Assembly: GCA_965200155.1 (NCBI GenBank)
Contig: CBDATR010000009.1
Coordinates: 126,287-190,286 of the forward strand
Origin: Nitrosopumilaceae archaeon
Lineage (GTDB): Archaea > Thermoproteota > Nitrososphaeria > Nitrososphaerales > Nitrosopumilaceae
Length of the DNA stretch: 64,000 nt
Direction: 5' to 3'
The notes below the pieces were generated by a model. It was not told the DNA's origin. It made no database searches and worked only from the letters and a program-made list of their open reading frames with translations. Both the position numbers and the translations under genes were made by a program. Positions 63,901-64,000 of this stretch are shown one piece after another; the stretch's first letter is position 1, and each line of letters begins with the position of its first letter.

Positions 63901-64000
63901 GTGTATATTAGATCAAAGCGTGTTAAAGACAAAGAGTACCTGTATCTTGTGGAGAGCAAATGGGATCCTAAAAAACGAAACTCGCGGCAAAGTATAGTAA
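63901..64000 (+). CDS. Start of a protein (MYIRSKRVKDKEYLYLVESKWD...), runs off window
   Basis: Open frame from GTG; YLYLV.S.WD motif. Confidence 0.5.
   Translation, partial: MYIRSKRVKDKEYLYLVESKWDPKKRNSRQSIV

Noticed and set aside
1-64000. Canonical CRISPR array or cas genes
   Set aside because: No run of three or more repeats and no recognisable Cas motifs; only single repeat-spacer-repeat units.

Overview
Archaeal chromosome segment from a Nitrosopumilaceae/Cenarchaeum-like thaumarchaeote (inferred from gene content and protein sequences). Housekeeping blocks include gatBAC-aspS, thrC, pyrG, hisS, tyrS, metG, GAPDH, the uL3-uL6 ribosomal operon, psmA, cdvB, srp54, aIF5A, thiDN, a phaR-phaP/phaC-phaE PHA cluster and 3 tRNAs. 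Between them lie dense nests of decayed mobile DNA: a single-ORF IS66 (ISBst12-type) element and its fragments, about 23 copies of a 92-101 bp IS66-derived MITE (8-bp TSDs), IS5-like and IS481-like remnants, and a TnpB pseudogene. Top observation: three IS66 ends each carry a CRISPR-like repeat-spacer-repeat unit, a 36-37 bp target duplication around a unique 29-37 bp insert. Each unit starts 148-149 bp inside the terminal inverted repeat, at both left and right ends. This suggests Cas1-type, ruler-measured spacer integration anchored on a transposon end, although no cas genes are in the window. Also notable: MITE-bounded composite transposons supported by shared TSDs, a TnpB gene enclosed by GTAT...ATAC inverted repeats, and recurrent palindromic scars seen only in mobile DNA. 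Coordinates were counted by hand and family assignments come from motif recognition, not database searches.
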